From: Candidatus Latescibacterota bacterium
GTDB lineage: Bacteria; Latescibacterota; Latescibacteria; Latescibacterales; Latescibacteraceae
Reading direction: 5' to 3'
DNA: 58,362 nucleotides
NCBI GenBank assembly: GCA_041690195.1
Contig: JAWLHT010000001.1
Span: forward strand, 1-58,362
Shown: positions 45,562 through 55,333 of the stretch, in pieces
How the letters are laid out: every line of letters begins with the position of its first letter
Position numbering within the stretch: the first letter of the stretch is position 1
The notes under the pieces: generated by a model
The model's database searches: none
What the model was told of the DNA's origin: nothing
The model's input: only the letters and a program-made list of their open reading frames with translations
Made by a program: the position numbers and the translations under genes

Positions 45562-46631
45562 AACCCGGTGCTTTTTTTGTATGATTCGAGCTTCGTGGCG
45601 ATACTCCCGATGGTGACCTTGCTGGTCATCTTGACCGGAATTTTGTACTGGTCATCGGTCAGCCACACGAGCAGCTTCCCTTTCTGGCGAAAAATACCTT
45701 CCGACTTGAGAATGGGCTCCACCTGGAGACAGGTGAACGTCCCGGCCGGCACCTCAACTTTCTCCCGCTTGTGCACGACGACTTTGAGCGGATACACTTT
45801 CCCGTCGGCATATGTCTCAATGGTTTCGGTCTTTCCCACCTTCAAATCAAAGGTGCGGATGTAGTACAGTGTGCTCAGGATGTCCTGCACGTAGAGCGGA
45901 ACCTCCACCAGGGCCCGTTTTTCCTTGGTGCTCAGGGCAATGAGCCGGTCATGGTACAAATCCACGAATTCGTCGGACTTGTATCCCCCCTCCCGAAGGC
46001 GTTTTTCAAAGCGTCTGGAAAAAATCCCCCGCACATCAATGTACGACTCCACCCGGTCCCGGACCTTGTAGAAGGAGGAAATGAAATCGTTCGACTCCGC
46101 GGTTGTACGGATATGATAGGCGAGACCGCCGTTGACCTGTTCCGTGCCAATCACCGACATGGTGGCGGTTCCGGCCTTGTAGAACCCGTAATCGACCGCA
46201 AACTTCAGATCCTCGCCCACTCCCCACGCACGGTTCGCAACCACCCGGGGAATATACTTTCCATCCGGATACTCGGCCACGACTTCGGGAGTCAGCTCGC
46301 GTCCCTTCAATTCCGGGTTCCGCATGATCGGGAGCGCCTCGGCGGAAGCAGCCTGAGCGAGTACCTCGGCGGCTTTGGGTTCGGCCCGACCGCCAGTGGA
46401 GGGATCGGGTCCGGTTTTACCGCCTTTTACGGTCGGGATCTTGGCTGGATCAGAGATATTGCGCTCCGATGCATCGGCCGGGGTGGTCTCGGTGGCGCCC
46501 GGAGATCCTCCAATGAACCGTTCGGTTGCCGCATCCAGGTTTCCCTGAAAGCGCGCCCCATCCTCATCAGCGAACACTCCGACACAGACCGTCACGAGCG
46601 AAATACCCAGAATTAAGCCGATTCTATTCAT
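45558..46631 (-). CDS. DUF3108 domain protein (exported)
   Basis: 357-aa ORF with a signal peptide. The stretch ..LKFAVDYGFYKAGTATMSV..YHIRTTAESNDFISSFYKVRDRVESYID.. matches my recollection of DUF3108. Confidence 0.6.
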   Translation of the reverse strand: MNRIGLILGISLVTVCVGVFADEDGARFQGNLDAATERFIGGSPGATETTPADASERNISDPAKIPTVKGGKTGPDPSTGGRAEPKAAEVLAQAASAEALPIMRNPELKGRELTPEVVAEYPDGKYIPRVVANRAWGVGEDLKFAVDYGFYKAGTATMSVIGTEQVNGGLAYHIRTTAESNDFISSFYKVRDRVESYIDVRGIFSRRFEKRLREGGYKSDEFVDLYHDRLIALSTKEKRALVEVPLYVQDILSTLYYIRTFDLKVGKTETIETYADGKVYPLKVVVHKREKVEVPAGTFTCLQVEPILKSEGIFRQKGKLLVWLTDDQYKIPVKMTSKVTIGSIATKLESYKKSTGL

Positions 46632-47745
46632 TCACTTGCCTTTCTGCTTTCTCGTTACCAACTGCTTCAACATACACTTCAAGAGTTTTCTCCACCGTCC
46701 GGGCGATGGAATTCCGCTCCAGGACGGGAGCGGAACGAGCTCCCATCCGCTCCCGCAGTTCCTTCTGGCCGATCAGCGCGCACAAGCGGTCGGCAAAGGA
46801 AACGTGATCGTTCACCGGGACAATGTACCCGTTCAGCCCGTCCGTTACCAGTTCCGGTATTCCTCCCGCGCGGGTTGCCACCACGGGGAGACGAAAGTAC
46901 ATGGCGTCCAGGAGTGACGAGCAGAGTCCCTCCTCGCTCGAGGATATGGCGAAGATATCGGCGGCCCGATATACCGAAGCGATATCTCGCCGGAACCCGA
47001 GCAGGGTTACCGACTGCCGCAGACCGAGATTCCGGATGAGACGTTCAATTTCCGAACGCATCTCTCCTTCTCCGGCCAGCAGGAAGCGAACCTCGGGATG
47101 GGACCGGGACACAAGATGCGCCGCCTTGAGCAGAATACAGTGCTCCTTGTGCGGCGCCAGCGCCGCCACGGTGACAATCACCACCGCGTCTTCCGGGATA
47201 CCCAATTCACTCCGCAGGTCCGTGCCACGGTCTTCGGTAAATTCATCCGGAATGAACCCCGAGCGGACTGTCACGACCCGTTCGGCATCCACCCCGTCTT
47301 CAATGAGAATCCGGCGGATGGCATCCGAAACGGCGATGATGCGATCCACTGAAGCCCCATACTTCCACCGTCTGCTCAGCAGTCCCCGAATGTGAAAATC
47401 CACCCGCCGGGATACCACCAGACGGCAGGACCGGTTGCCGGTCAGCGCGAGGAGCGCCAGGCTGTGGGCGTGCGCGGTATGCGCATGCACAATGCCGACC
47501 CCCCGCTCGGCGAGAAAAGTTCTCATCCGGAACGCCGAAGCGACATCCCACTCTCCCATCAGGGGAAAATGTGCAGTTTCAATCCCATTTTCCCGGGCGC
47601 GCCGGGATATTTCACTGCCGGCCCGGCAGACCAGCAGATTATTCACCCCCCGGTCGCGCAGACCCTTCATGAGTTCCAGCACCTGACGTTCACCGCCGCG
47701 CCAGGTGTGGCTGTCGTTCACATGCGCCACGGTAAGGCCGGTCAT
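46624..47745 (-). CDS. glycosyltransferase family 4 (GT-B)
   Basis: ORF trimmed to ATG 47745 (ATGA overlap with the upstream stop). Contains ..WRGGERQVLELMKGL..VHAHTAHAH..SSSEEGLCSSLLDAMYFRLPVVATRAGGIPELV.. Confidence 0.8.
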   Translation of the reverse strand: MTGLTVAHVNDSHTWRGGERQVLELMKGLRDRGVNNLLVCRAGSEISRRARENGIETAHFPLMGEWDVASAFRMRTFLAERGVGIVHAHTAHAHSLALLALTGNRSCRLVVSRRVDFHIRGLLSRRWKYGASVDRIIAVSDAIRRILIEDGVDAERVVTVRSGFIPDEFTEDRGTDLRSELGIPEDAVVIVTVAALAPHKEHCILLKAAHLVSRSHPEVRFLLAGEGEMRSEIERLIRNLGLRQSVTLLGFRRDIASVYRAADIFAISSSEEGLCSSLLDAMYFRLPVVATRAGGIPELVTDGLNGYIVPVNDHVSFADRLCALIGQKELRERMGARSAPVLERNSIARTVEKTLEVYVEAVGNEKAERQVNE

Positions 47746-48524
47746 TCGGAAGTCCTTGAAAGCTCGTGGAGTTTCGCATACTTCATGAAAACGTACCATG
47801 CCCCCATCACCGATGCGGCAAACCCGGGAACACCGTCCAGGAACCCGGCCCGCAGCACGTACATCCGGAGAAACCGTGCCGCGGGCCTGGTCACCAGATC
47901 GATAACCCGTGCCTTCCGCCCCCGCGCCGCCTCCCGACCCGCCCACAGGTCGGAGTAGAAAACAATCTTCCGGGCGTGTTCGGCCATCCCGGCATACGGA
48001 CGATGCAGCAGATCACCCGCCAGACGTCCCGGTGAACCGTTGCCCCGGAGACCTTCATGGAGCAGTTCGCCTTCCCACCGGGCCGATCCCTTCCTGGAAA
48101 GCCGGATACGGTACTCCGGATACCACCCGCAATGGCGTATCCATCTCCCCATGTACAGAGTGCGGCGATTCACCGCGAAGGCATCGGGAAGACAGTCCCT
48201 CGCCCCGGTCAGGACACCGAGAATCGAATCCCGCAGTTCGGGGGTCGCCTCCTCGTCGGCGTCAAGATTGAACAGCCAGTTCCCGCCGCAAAGCTCCATG
48301 GCCCGGTTTTTCTGGTCCACGAAACCCCGGAACGGCTCGATCCGGACCTTCGCGCCCAAACCTTCGGCGATTTCCACAGTGCGGTCCGTGCTCCCGGAAT
48401 CAAGCACGACCACTTCATCCATCCACCGAACGCTCTCTATGGCCCGGGCGATATTCTTTTCCTCGTCCCGCGTGATGAGATAGGCCGAGAGGGTCGGCCG
48501 CCCTCCGCAATCCGTCCGGTTCAC
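47742..48524 (-). CDS. glycosyltransferase family 2 (LPS-core type)
   Basis: GTG start overlapping the upstream stop. Contains ..LSAYLITRDEEKNIARAIESV.WMDEVVVLDSGSTDRT..NLDADEE.. Confidence 0.8.
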   Translation of the reverse strand: MNRTDCGGRPTLSAYLITRDEEKNIARAIESVRWMDEVVVLDSGSTDRTVEIAEGLGAKVRIEPFRGFVDQKNRAMELCGGNWLFNLDADEEATPELRDSILGVLTGARDCLPDAFAVNRRTLYMGRWIRHCGWYPEYRIRLSRKGSARWEGELLHEGLRGNGSPGRLAGDLLHRPYAGMAEHARKIVFYSDLWAGREAARGRKARVIDLVTRPAARFLRMYVLRAGFLDGVPGFAASVMGAWYVFMKYAKLHELSRTSE

Positions 48525-49045
48525 GAATCCACCCCGTCCCGGGCCAGACAGTTCATTACCCGGGGAAACAGTATTTCCGCAATCCGGACGATTTCCTCGC
48601 GCAGTTCGCCATACACCGCACGATAGTCTTCCAGATCACCGCCATATGGGTCGTCTATACCACGCTCCATTCCAGGAACGGGTTCGCTCCGACCGTATTC
48701 CTTCACCGTGCTCACATGTCCGGCGTCCGGACAAATCCTGCGAATCGCATCCACATGTCCGCGATCCATGGCCAGCACCAGGTCGGCATGCCGGACCAGG
48801 TCGGCGGTAAGCCGCCGCGACCTGTGAAAGCGGAGACTGATTCCATGTTCTCCCGCAACCGTAACTGCATGGCGCGACGCTGGCTGGCCATCAACAGCAT
48901 GGGTTCCCGCGGAAAAGACGTCAATGGGCGGCGCAACACGCTTCCGTGATGTTTCATCAAGGATCAGGTCATTGAGAATGCCTTCAGCCATGGGGCTCCG
49001 ACACAGATTTCCCGTACACACCAACACGACCGTGAACCGTTTCAC
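48521..49045 (-). CDS. low-molecular-weight protein phosphatase (LMW-PTP/arginine phosphatase family)
   Basis: The CTGNLCRS P-loop (CX5R-S) is near the N-terminus and a DPYG Asp loop is present. GTG start. Confidence 0.85.
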   Translation of the reverse strand: MKRFTVVLVCTGNLCRSPMAEGILNDLILDETSRKRVAPPIDVFSAGTHAVDGQPASRHAVTVAGEHGISLRFHRSRRLTADLVRHADLVLAMDRGHVDAIRRICPDAGHVSTVKEYGRSEPVPGMERGIDDPYGGDLEDYRAVYGELREEIVRIAEILFPRVMNCLARDGVDS

Positions 49046-49195
49046 CGCTCCAATCCTCCGCGCATCCGGCGGTTATCCACGCCCAGACCCGCTAAATCTT
49101 TGCCCTACTTTCGATAATCATGAGAAGATACAACTTTTTTCATTATCCGTCAAGCATTTACGTCTCCACACCCCGCCTGCCGGACCACGCCGTCA

Positions 49196-50278
49196 TCAGT
49201 TTATCCAGCCGCCGAATCCGGCATAATATTTGACACTGCCCGGTTCGTCCGAAGGACTCGCCATGATGAAATGAATATCTGTTTTCGGCATGTAGGGCAG
49301 ATCCGTATTGAATCCCACCCCAAGCCCGATACCCCCGCGAAGACTGTTGTCCTGACGGCGGAAGTTCTCGATGAATGGAGCTCCGCTCACCTTTCCCAAG
49401 TCAATTTGGAAAAGAATCGCCAGGCGCCGGAAATTGGCTCTATTGATAGAGAACGAAAGGTCCGGAAAGGGCTTGATCTCGAACAGGTTCTGGGTGTAAA
49501 ACACCTGCCGTCCCCAGAACTCGTCTTCCTCGTACCCAATCAGGTTGGAATGGCCGCCGAGGAAAAAAAGCGGAGAACTCTGGGGTGTCAGATTTCCCCG
49601 GAAACTTAAGATGTTTTTATACCGGATATATTTGTTCAGTTCCGAAGAGCGTTGGCTCAAAGTCTCGATAAGCAGGTAGTTGAAATTTCCCTTGAGAACC
49701 TTGTAGGACCGGGCAAGGGAAACATACAGAAGACGATGATTCCACGGGCTGGCGCTTGGGCTCTGGGACTGGAAAAGGTAGTACACTTTCATGGAGCGGT
49801 CCTGGCTCCGGACAATCGAGGAACCCTCCCGGATTCTGGGAGATGATTCCCTCTCGAACATAAACTCCATTCCGACAACAGAGTGTCTGCTCAACTGATG
49901 TACCAGAAAAGGCGAAATGGTCTGGCTTCTGCGCCATATGCCGGTTGAATCGTTGAACACTTTACGAAAGTAGAGATTATCCTCGACAGTGACTCCGGGG
50001 TTGATGACATACCGGTAGAGCGCGTGGCTCATGCCGAAGCCCATGTCCTGACGGCGGTAGTCATAGTCCGCCGATACAGCGCTGCGAAGAGAGTTGGAGG
50101 TCTGCTGAAAGAGCACATGGAATTCGAGGCTGGGAACATATACGGCATAGCGGTTTCCCGGATTGAACACGATCCGGTTGATTTTAATCTTCACCGGTCC
50201 GCTCGCATCCTGGGCGGTCGCATTAAACGCCCCGGCGAGGAGAAGGCAGAGACACCCGAGGAAAACCCTTCCAGCCAT
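49196..50278 (-). CDS. Omp85-like outer-membrane beta-barrel without POTRA domains
   Basis: Signal peptide ..LLAGAFNATAQD. Contains ..PLFFLGGHSNLIGYEEDEF.. (similar to the Omp85 L6-loop region motif) and ..GGIGLGVGFNTDLPY... It is ~340 aa mature, which is barrel-sized only. Its ATG abuts the permease stop (TAGATG). Confidence 0.5.
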   Translation of the reverse strand: MAGRVFLGCLCLLLAGAFNATAQDASGPVKIKINRIVFNPGNRYAVYVPSLEFHVLFQQTSNSLRSAVSADYDYRRQDMGFGMSHALYRYVINPGVTVEDNLYFRKVFNDSTGIWRRSQTISPFLVHQLSRHSVVGMEFMFERESSPRIREGSSIVRSQDRSMKVYYLFQSQSPSASPWNHRLLYVSLARSYKVLKGNFNYLLIETLSQRSSELNKYIRYKNILSFRGNLTPQSSPLFFLGGHSNLIGYEEDEFWGRQVFYTQNLFEIKPFPDLSFSINRANFRRLAILFQIDLGKVSGAPFIENFRRQDNSLRGGIGLGVGFNTDLPYMPKTDIHFIMASPSDEPGSVKYYAGFGGWIN

Positions 50279-51967
50279 CTAATACTCTCTTCTGGCCAGA
50301 GAGCGGGTCCCCAGCCGGATCGCAAAAAACACCATCAGGACATTCAGCAGGAGCATCAACACTGAGCATACAGCGATGCTTACGGACGGAAACATACCCC
50401 CCGAAACAAGATAACCCGTATACCGGTAGAGCGGGACCGCGACAAGGGCGGCCATGCACCCGACATACCCGAGAGAAACCGTGATGGTCAGAATGCCTCC
50501 GGGACTGGAGGCGATCCGACTCGGGTCCGATTCCGCGAATGAGGGAAACGCCGCCCCGAATCCCACCGCCAGGCAGGAGAGCGTAATGCTCATGACCAGA
50601 ATGCCGCTGACAGTCACTACAAGATAAAAACCGTCCAACTGTAGCATTAAACCGGCGAGTACTGCCATCGGTTCCGCAATGAGGAAAAAAACGGTGAACG
50701 CGGACCAGAATTTTTCCCTGAACAGTTCCCCGGCGGGAATTGGCGCAGTACCGATAACCCAAAAGGAAGAGCCCTCCAGGCTGATGGAAGGAAAAATAAA
50801 CCGGACAGCCAGGGTGGCGAGGACAAACCCGGTGAATACGAAGTTCATGAGCACCACAATGGACCGCCAATGTTCAATTTCGATATCCGTCGGGACAAAC
50901 CGCAGATTAATGAAGTATATGACGAGAAGCAGGAGAATGATTATTAGTTGAGCCCATTGGGAAGGGTCGCGAAGGAACAGGATGAGGTCTTTGGTGAGAA
51001 GCGCGCGAATCCTGCTTCCGGCGGGAACGAGGGCCAGGAGATTCCAGCGTGTCCGATCCCGAACCGTCGGCAGACGGCTGATTTCTTCCAAAGAAGCCAG
51101 CCATGCCGGGAAAAACATGTTTTTCGCCAGCAGGTGGAGCAGGGCCAAAGCCAGAAAGGCGGAGGAAAGAAGTGCGGCGGCATAAAGGCCGAAATCAGCG
51201 AAACGTCCCCGGACGAGAGATTCGAGTCCCTGGACCAGCCAGAAATTGGGAGTGAAGGGGTGCGAGTTCAGATGAAAATTGTTGATGAACAGGTTCAGGG
51301 ATCGGAAGTCCTCATTGAATGGGATCTGCAGGTCGGTGGGACGGGAAAGATAGGCGAACGCCAGGACAAGCGCGGCGAATAGTCCCATTCCGGCAGGAAC
51401 AAGCTTCCGCATGCTGACCCGCCGGGACAAAACGACAGCACCGAGGGCGAGCATTGCTCCCAGAGAAACCGCGCTCAGAACGAAGGGCAGAAGCAGAAAT
51501 ATACCGGCGATGATATACTCCGCCAGTCCGAATCCCCGGACCCGGGCATAGGCCAGCAGCATTGGCAGAGCCATGACCAGGATCGCCCAGGAACTGAACA
51601 CTGCCGTGTCGAAAAACCGGCTGCTGAAAAGTTCCAACGCACTGATCGGAGTACTGAACAGGTACTCGGTTTCATCGGAGCGAAACATAACCGCTATAAC
51701 TGCAACGAAGCTCGAAACGATCAGCATGAGGAAAAAGGCGAGAAAGCCGGTGGAAAGAAGGCGTTCGATGAGCAGAAAACCGATCTCTTCCAGTCCGGTT
51801 ACATAAGAGAAGATAAGATCATGAAAAAAACGGTAGGCGGTATAGAGGAGAACGGCAAGCACCAGAGCGGTCGTGCCGTTGCGGATAACCGAATCCCGGC
51901 TCCGGTCGAACAAAACGGCTTTCCAGAGTTTGTACTTCCAGAAGAGGAGCGTACGGACTGTATGCAT
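50279..51967 (-). CDS. polytopic membrane protein, putative ABC-exporter permease (two ~6-TM halves)
   Basis: 562-aa ORF with about 12-14 hydrophobic segments. It lies downstream of an ABC-2-type ATPase. I recognise no soluble domains. Confidence 0.6.
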   Translation of the reverse strand: MHTVRTLLFWKYKLWKAVLFDRSRDSVIRNGTTALVLAVLLYTAYRFFHDLIFSYVTGLEEIGFLLIERLLSTGFLAFFLMLIVSSFVAVIAVMFRSDETEYLFSTPISALELFSSRFFDTAVFSSWAILVMALPMLLAYARVRGFGLAEYIIAGIFLLLPFVLSAVSLGAMLALGAVVLSRRVSMRKLVPAGMGLFAALVLAFAYLSRPTDLQIPFNEDFRSLNLFINNFHLNSHPFTPNFWLVQGLESLVRGRFADFGLYAAALLSSAFLALALLHLLAKNMFFPAWLASLEEISRLPTVRDRTRWNLLALVPAGSRIRALLTKDLILFLRDPSQWAQLIIILLLLVIYFINLRFVPTDIEIEHWRSIVVLMNFVFTGFVLATLAVRFIFPSISLEGSSFWVIGTAPIPAGELFREKFWSAFTVFFLIAEPMAVLAGLMLQLDGFYLVVTVSGILVMSITLSCLAVGFGAAFPSFAESDPSRIASSPGGILTITVSLGYVGCMAALVAVPLYRYTGYLVSGGMFPSVSIAVCSVLMLLLNVLMVFFAIRLGTRSLARREY

Positions 51968-52001
51968 ACCGGTCTCCCAAAGGTTGTCAGTCTGTGCGCG
52001 C

Positions 52002-52757
52002 CTATTCCAGGTAGGTCGCCCGGCGGATTCCGCCGGTGAGCTTTAAAAAGAGATCCTCAAGATGCCCCCCGTCCATTTCCGCCTGACGGCGCAAATCCTC
52101 GAGAGTGCCCTCGGCGACGATCTTTCCGAAATAGATGATCGCCATGCGCTGGCATAATTCCTGCACCACCGAAAGATCATGGGAGGACATGAATATGGTG
52201 GTTCCGTGGCGATTGATCAGGGTGAGCATGTCCTTGACCATGCGCGCACTCTGCGGATCGAGTCCCACCAAGGGTTCGTCCAGGATGATCAGTTCGGGAC
52301 GGTGCAGGATCGCCGCCGCCATGACCACCTTCTGCTTCATGCCGTGAGAGTAGCCTTCGATACGGCGATCCAGCCAGCCAGTCATGTCGAATACTCCGGT
52401 CAGCCAGTCGATCCGCTTGTCCATATCCTCAGGTTCCATGCGGTACAATCCACCCACAAACCGGAGGAACTCCCGGGCGGTCAGCTTCCCATAGACAAAC
52501 GGGGTATCCGGTACAAATCCGATCCGGCTGCGAACCTCTACCGGGTCACTGGCGGGATCGAACCCGCCGACCAGCACCCGCCCCTCATCCGGCCGCACCA
52601 GTCCGATCATGGATTTTATGGTGGTGGTTTTCCCGGAGCCATTGGGGCCGAGATATCCAAAAAACTCGCCTTTCCCCACCGTAAGGTGCAAATCAGAAAC
52701 TGCGGTCCGGCTGCCGTACCGCTTGGTCATCCCTTCGATACGAACCATTGCGTCCAT
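52002..52757 (-). CDS. ABC transporter ATP-binding protein (ABC-2/DrrA-like)
   Basis: Walker A GPNGSGKTT, signature YSHGMKQK, Walker B LIILDEP, H-loop SSHD. Confidence 0.9.
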   Translation of the reverse strand: MDAMVRIEGMTKRYGSRTAVSDLHLTVGKGEFFGYLGPNGSGKTTTIKSMIGLVRPDEGRVLVGGFDPASDPVEVRSRIGFVPDTPFVYGKLTAREFLRFVGGLYRMEPEDMDKRIDWLTGVFDMTGWLDRRIEGYSHGMKQKVVMAAAILHRPELIILDEPLVGLDPQSARMVKDMLTLINRHGTTIFMSSHDLSVVQELCQRMAIIYFGKIVAEGTLEDLRRQAEMDGGHLEDLFLKLTGGIRRATYLE

Positions 52758-52758
52758 G

Positions 52759-54276
52759 TCATTCCCGTCCGTGTGTGATAATCTTCAGCGAAAGCACTCC
52801 CGTCATCCGGAACAGCTCGGGAAGCCGGTCGAAATCGCCCCGGACCAGGGCGACCCGTGCGGCGTCGGCGCTCTCCTGGCCGTACCACGGGTCCATATCA
52901 TGCCAAACGCCTCCGGCGAATACCGCGGGCCAACTGTGATAACGAAATGCGCCGTCGTCGTATACCAGCCCGAGATTGATCTGCGTGGGGATCCCGATGG
53001 AGCGGGCCAGCGCCGTAAAAAGCTTGGTGTGCTCATCGGGGCCGCCGCGACGGTCCCGAAGCACATCGACCGAGCGAGTGATAACCACCGACGTGTCTTT
53101 CCGAACCGTCGAATGCACCCATTTCACAATGGCGCGGGCTGCCGCCAGAGTATCCGGCGACGCACTCCGGATTTCACTGGCGGTCCGCGCTATCCGGGCG
53201 TCCGCGGACTGAATATAATCGCTTGTACCCAAAAGCGAGGTATCCGCGGCCACGGTATTATGGATTTCCATCAGACGGCTCCCGGCCGCTACCGGACGGT
53301 TATGGATGGCAAGTACCAGCGGGTTCATGGATATTATTTCCGTATTGGAAGAGCCCGTATCCACCGTGGCCCCGCGAACACCGTCCAGACGGACTTCCAT
53401 GCGTCCGGTCCTCCGGGGATCGGGTATGCTCCCCCCGGTCGACGGTGTCCAGGAAGTGATGCTCCGGCCGAGCGTCGTTTCCACGGGAAGATAGAACACA
53501 TCCCGTTCAGTCGACTCCTCTATGGTGAATTCCCCGAGCACGTCCCCAAATAGCTTCACACCTTCCTCACGCACCACCCAGCCCAGCGAATCGACCCACG
53601 TCGTAATGGTTTCGTCGCCGGTCGCGAGAGCAAAGCGGGTTGCGCTCCGGACCTCACCGGCAACGGACAGCGTGTCCGGCCGCACCTCCCCGATTTCAAC
53701 CATTCTCGCAGCAAACAGAACCGGATCGAATACTGTTGCCGGTGCTTCGGCAGAACCTGAATACCGCAGCCGAAACGGCAGTACAACTTCCGGAAGAATC
53801 GATTCGCTCACGATGAATGCGCCCCGTCTCCATGGAGACAGATCGTTCATCCGGACATTGATAAGGAGACTGTCCTCGTGGAGCGAACTGTTGAACAAAA
53901 ACGTGTGCGTGCCGGACTGGAGCCGGAACTCTGAGTACTGCATGCGCATACTCGCCGAATCCACGCTCGCGGTGCTCTGGATGAACACTTCCCGGGAGAG
54001 TCCGGCCATATTCACCTTGAGCACCAGTTCCTCACGGAGTACTTTGAGGGAATCCAGCGAGATGCGGGAGGCAATGAGATAACCGGCTTTGGCCGCTCCG
54101 CGATACACGATGTAATACCTGCGAGCTTCACCTTCGGCGGTAACATCCGAACTGAGCGCCGCAAGGTTCTTTCCCGCTTCACGTCCGTAATGCCTTACAT
54201 ACACCATGCCCATTACCGCAATCCAGCCCGCGGCGGCAAGCAATACGATACGGGACAAACGGGACAGTGACTTCAC
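52759..54276 (-). CDS. membrane-anchored transglutaminase-like domain protein, apparently lacking the catalytic Cys
   Basis: N-terminal TM segment (IVLLAAAGWIAVMGMVYV). The C-terminal ..RRGGPDEHTKLFTALARSIGIPTQ..YHSWPAVF..WHDMDP.. aligns with the G-x-C-x-E-H...H-x-W...D core, but Pro occupies the Cys position. The GTG start overlaps the tsaC stop. Confidence 0.6.
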   Translation of the reverse strand: MKSLSRLSRIVLLAAAGWIAVMGMVYVRHYGREAGKNLAALSSDVTAEGEARRYYIVYRGAAKAGYLIASRISLDSLKVLREELVLKVNMAGLSREVFIQSTASVDSASMRMQYSEFRLQSGTHTFLFNSSLHEDSLLINVRMNDLSPWRRGAFIVSESILPEVVLPFRLRYSGSAEAPATVFDPVLFAARMVEIGEVRPDTLSVAGEVRSATRFALATGDETITTWVDSLGWVVREEGVKLFGDVLGEFTIEESTERDVFYLPVETTLGRSITSWTPSTGGSIPDPRRTGRMEVRLDGVRGATVDTGSSNTEIISMNPLVLAIHNRPVAAGSRLMEIHNTVAADTSLLGTSDYIQSADARIARTASEIRSASPDTLAAARAIVKWVHSTVRKDTSVVITRSVDVLRDRRGGPDEHTKLFTALARSIGIPTQINLGLVYDDGAFRYHSWPAVFAGGVWHDMDPWYGQESADAARVALVRGDFDRLPELFRMTGVLSLKIITHGRE

Positions 54277-54884
54277 GGTTCCAGCGCCTCCAGGATTCGC
54301 GGGAAGGGAACAGCGCCTTCCCGCAGAAGCACCGGTTCACCCCCGGTCAGGTCAACCACTGTGCTCGGCACTCCTCCGAGTGGAACGGAACTCGGCAGCA
54401 CCATGTCCACCCGATCGCCGAACATCTCCCCGGCCTCATCAGCGGAAACCGCCGGGGGTCGGCCGGAAGGATTCGCGCTGGTTGAAATGACGGGCAGCCC
54501 GAAATCCCGGGCCACCGCCGCGGCATCGGGATGGCTGGTAACCCGAAACGCCACTCCGCCGGATGCGCCCAACAGATGCGCGGGCATTTCCCGGGACGGT
54601 GTGAGCACCAGGGTAAGTGGGCCCGGCCAGAACCGTACGGCAAGGCGGGCGGCGCGTTCGTCCAATGCTCCCGCCGCTGCCTCCACCATCCGCGTGGAAT
54701 CGGCGAGAAGCAGCATGGTTCGTGAGGCATCGCGTCCTTTGAGCCGAAGCACCCGTTCACAGGCGTCCCGGTTCCAGGGATCACACCCGATACCATAGAC
54801 GGTTTCCGTGGGATACACGATGACTCCGCCGGAACGCAGAACCTCGGCGGCGCGGCGGACCATTCCGGGTTCTATTCCCGTCAT
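54273..54884 (-). CDS. tsaC: L-threonylcarbamoyladenylate synthase (YrdC/TsaC family)
   Basis: 203-aa ORF containing ..VIVYPTETVYGIGCDP..RLKGR....MLLLA..FWPGPLTLVL..ISTSANPSG.. Confidence 0.8.
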   Translation of the reverse strand: MTGIEPGMVRRAAEVLRSGGVIVYPTETVYGIGCDPWNRDACERVLRLKGRDASRTMLLLADSTRMVEAAAGALDERAARLAVRFWPGPLTLVLTPSREMPAHLLGASGGVAFRVTSHPDAAAVARDFGLPVISTSANPSGRPPAVSADEAGEMFGDRVDMVLPSSVPLGGVPSTVVDLTGGEPVLLREGAVPFPRILEALEP

Positions 54885-55330
54885 GCCTGCATCTTTCGGC
54901 GATACTCGGCCAGCTTTGCGGCAAGTTCCTCGTCTGAAAGCGCCAGAATCTGGACCGCGAGGAGACCGGCGTTCCGCGCGTTGGATATCCCCACGGTCGC
55001 CACCGGAATACCTTTGGGCATCTGAACGATGGCATAGAGGGCGTCCACCCCGTTCAGCGGTCCGCCGCCAACCGGCACACCGATAACCGGAAGCGTCGTA
55101 TGAGCGGCAATCACTCCCGGTAGAGCGGCGGCCAGCCCCGCCCCGGCGATGATCACCCGGATTCCCCTTCCGGCAGCGGAACGGGCGAACTCGGCGGTTT
55201 TATCCGGCTGACGGTGCGCGGAAACCACCATGGTCTCATGGCTCACCCCGAACTCGTCCAGGGCATCCAACGCTCCCTGCATAACACTCTCATCCGATTT
55301 GCTCCCAAACACGACCGCAACTTGTGCCAT
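54881..55330 (-). CDS. purE: N5-carboxyaminoimidazole ribonucleotide mutase
   Basis: 149-aa ORF containing ..VAVVFGSKSD..VSAHRQPD..IIAGAGLAAALPGVIAAHTTLPVIGVP.. Confidence 0.92.
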   Translation of the reverse strand: MAQVAVVFGSKSDESVMQGALDALDEFGVSHETMVVSAHRQPDKTAEFARSAAGRGIRVIIAGAGLAAALPGVIAAHTTLPVIGVPVGGGPLNGVDALYAIVQMPKGIPVATVGISNARNAGLLAVQILALSDEELAAKLAEYRRKMQA

Positions 55331-55333
55331 GGA

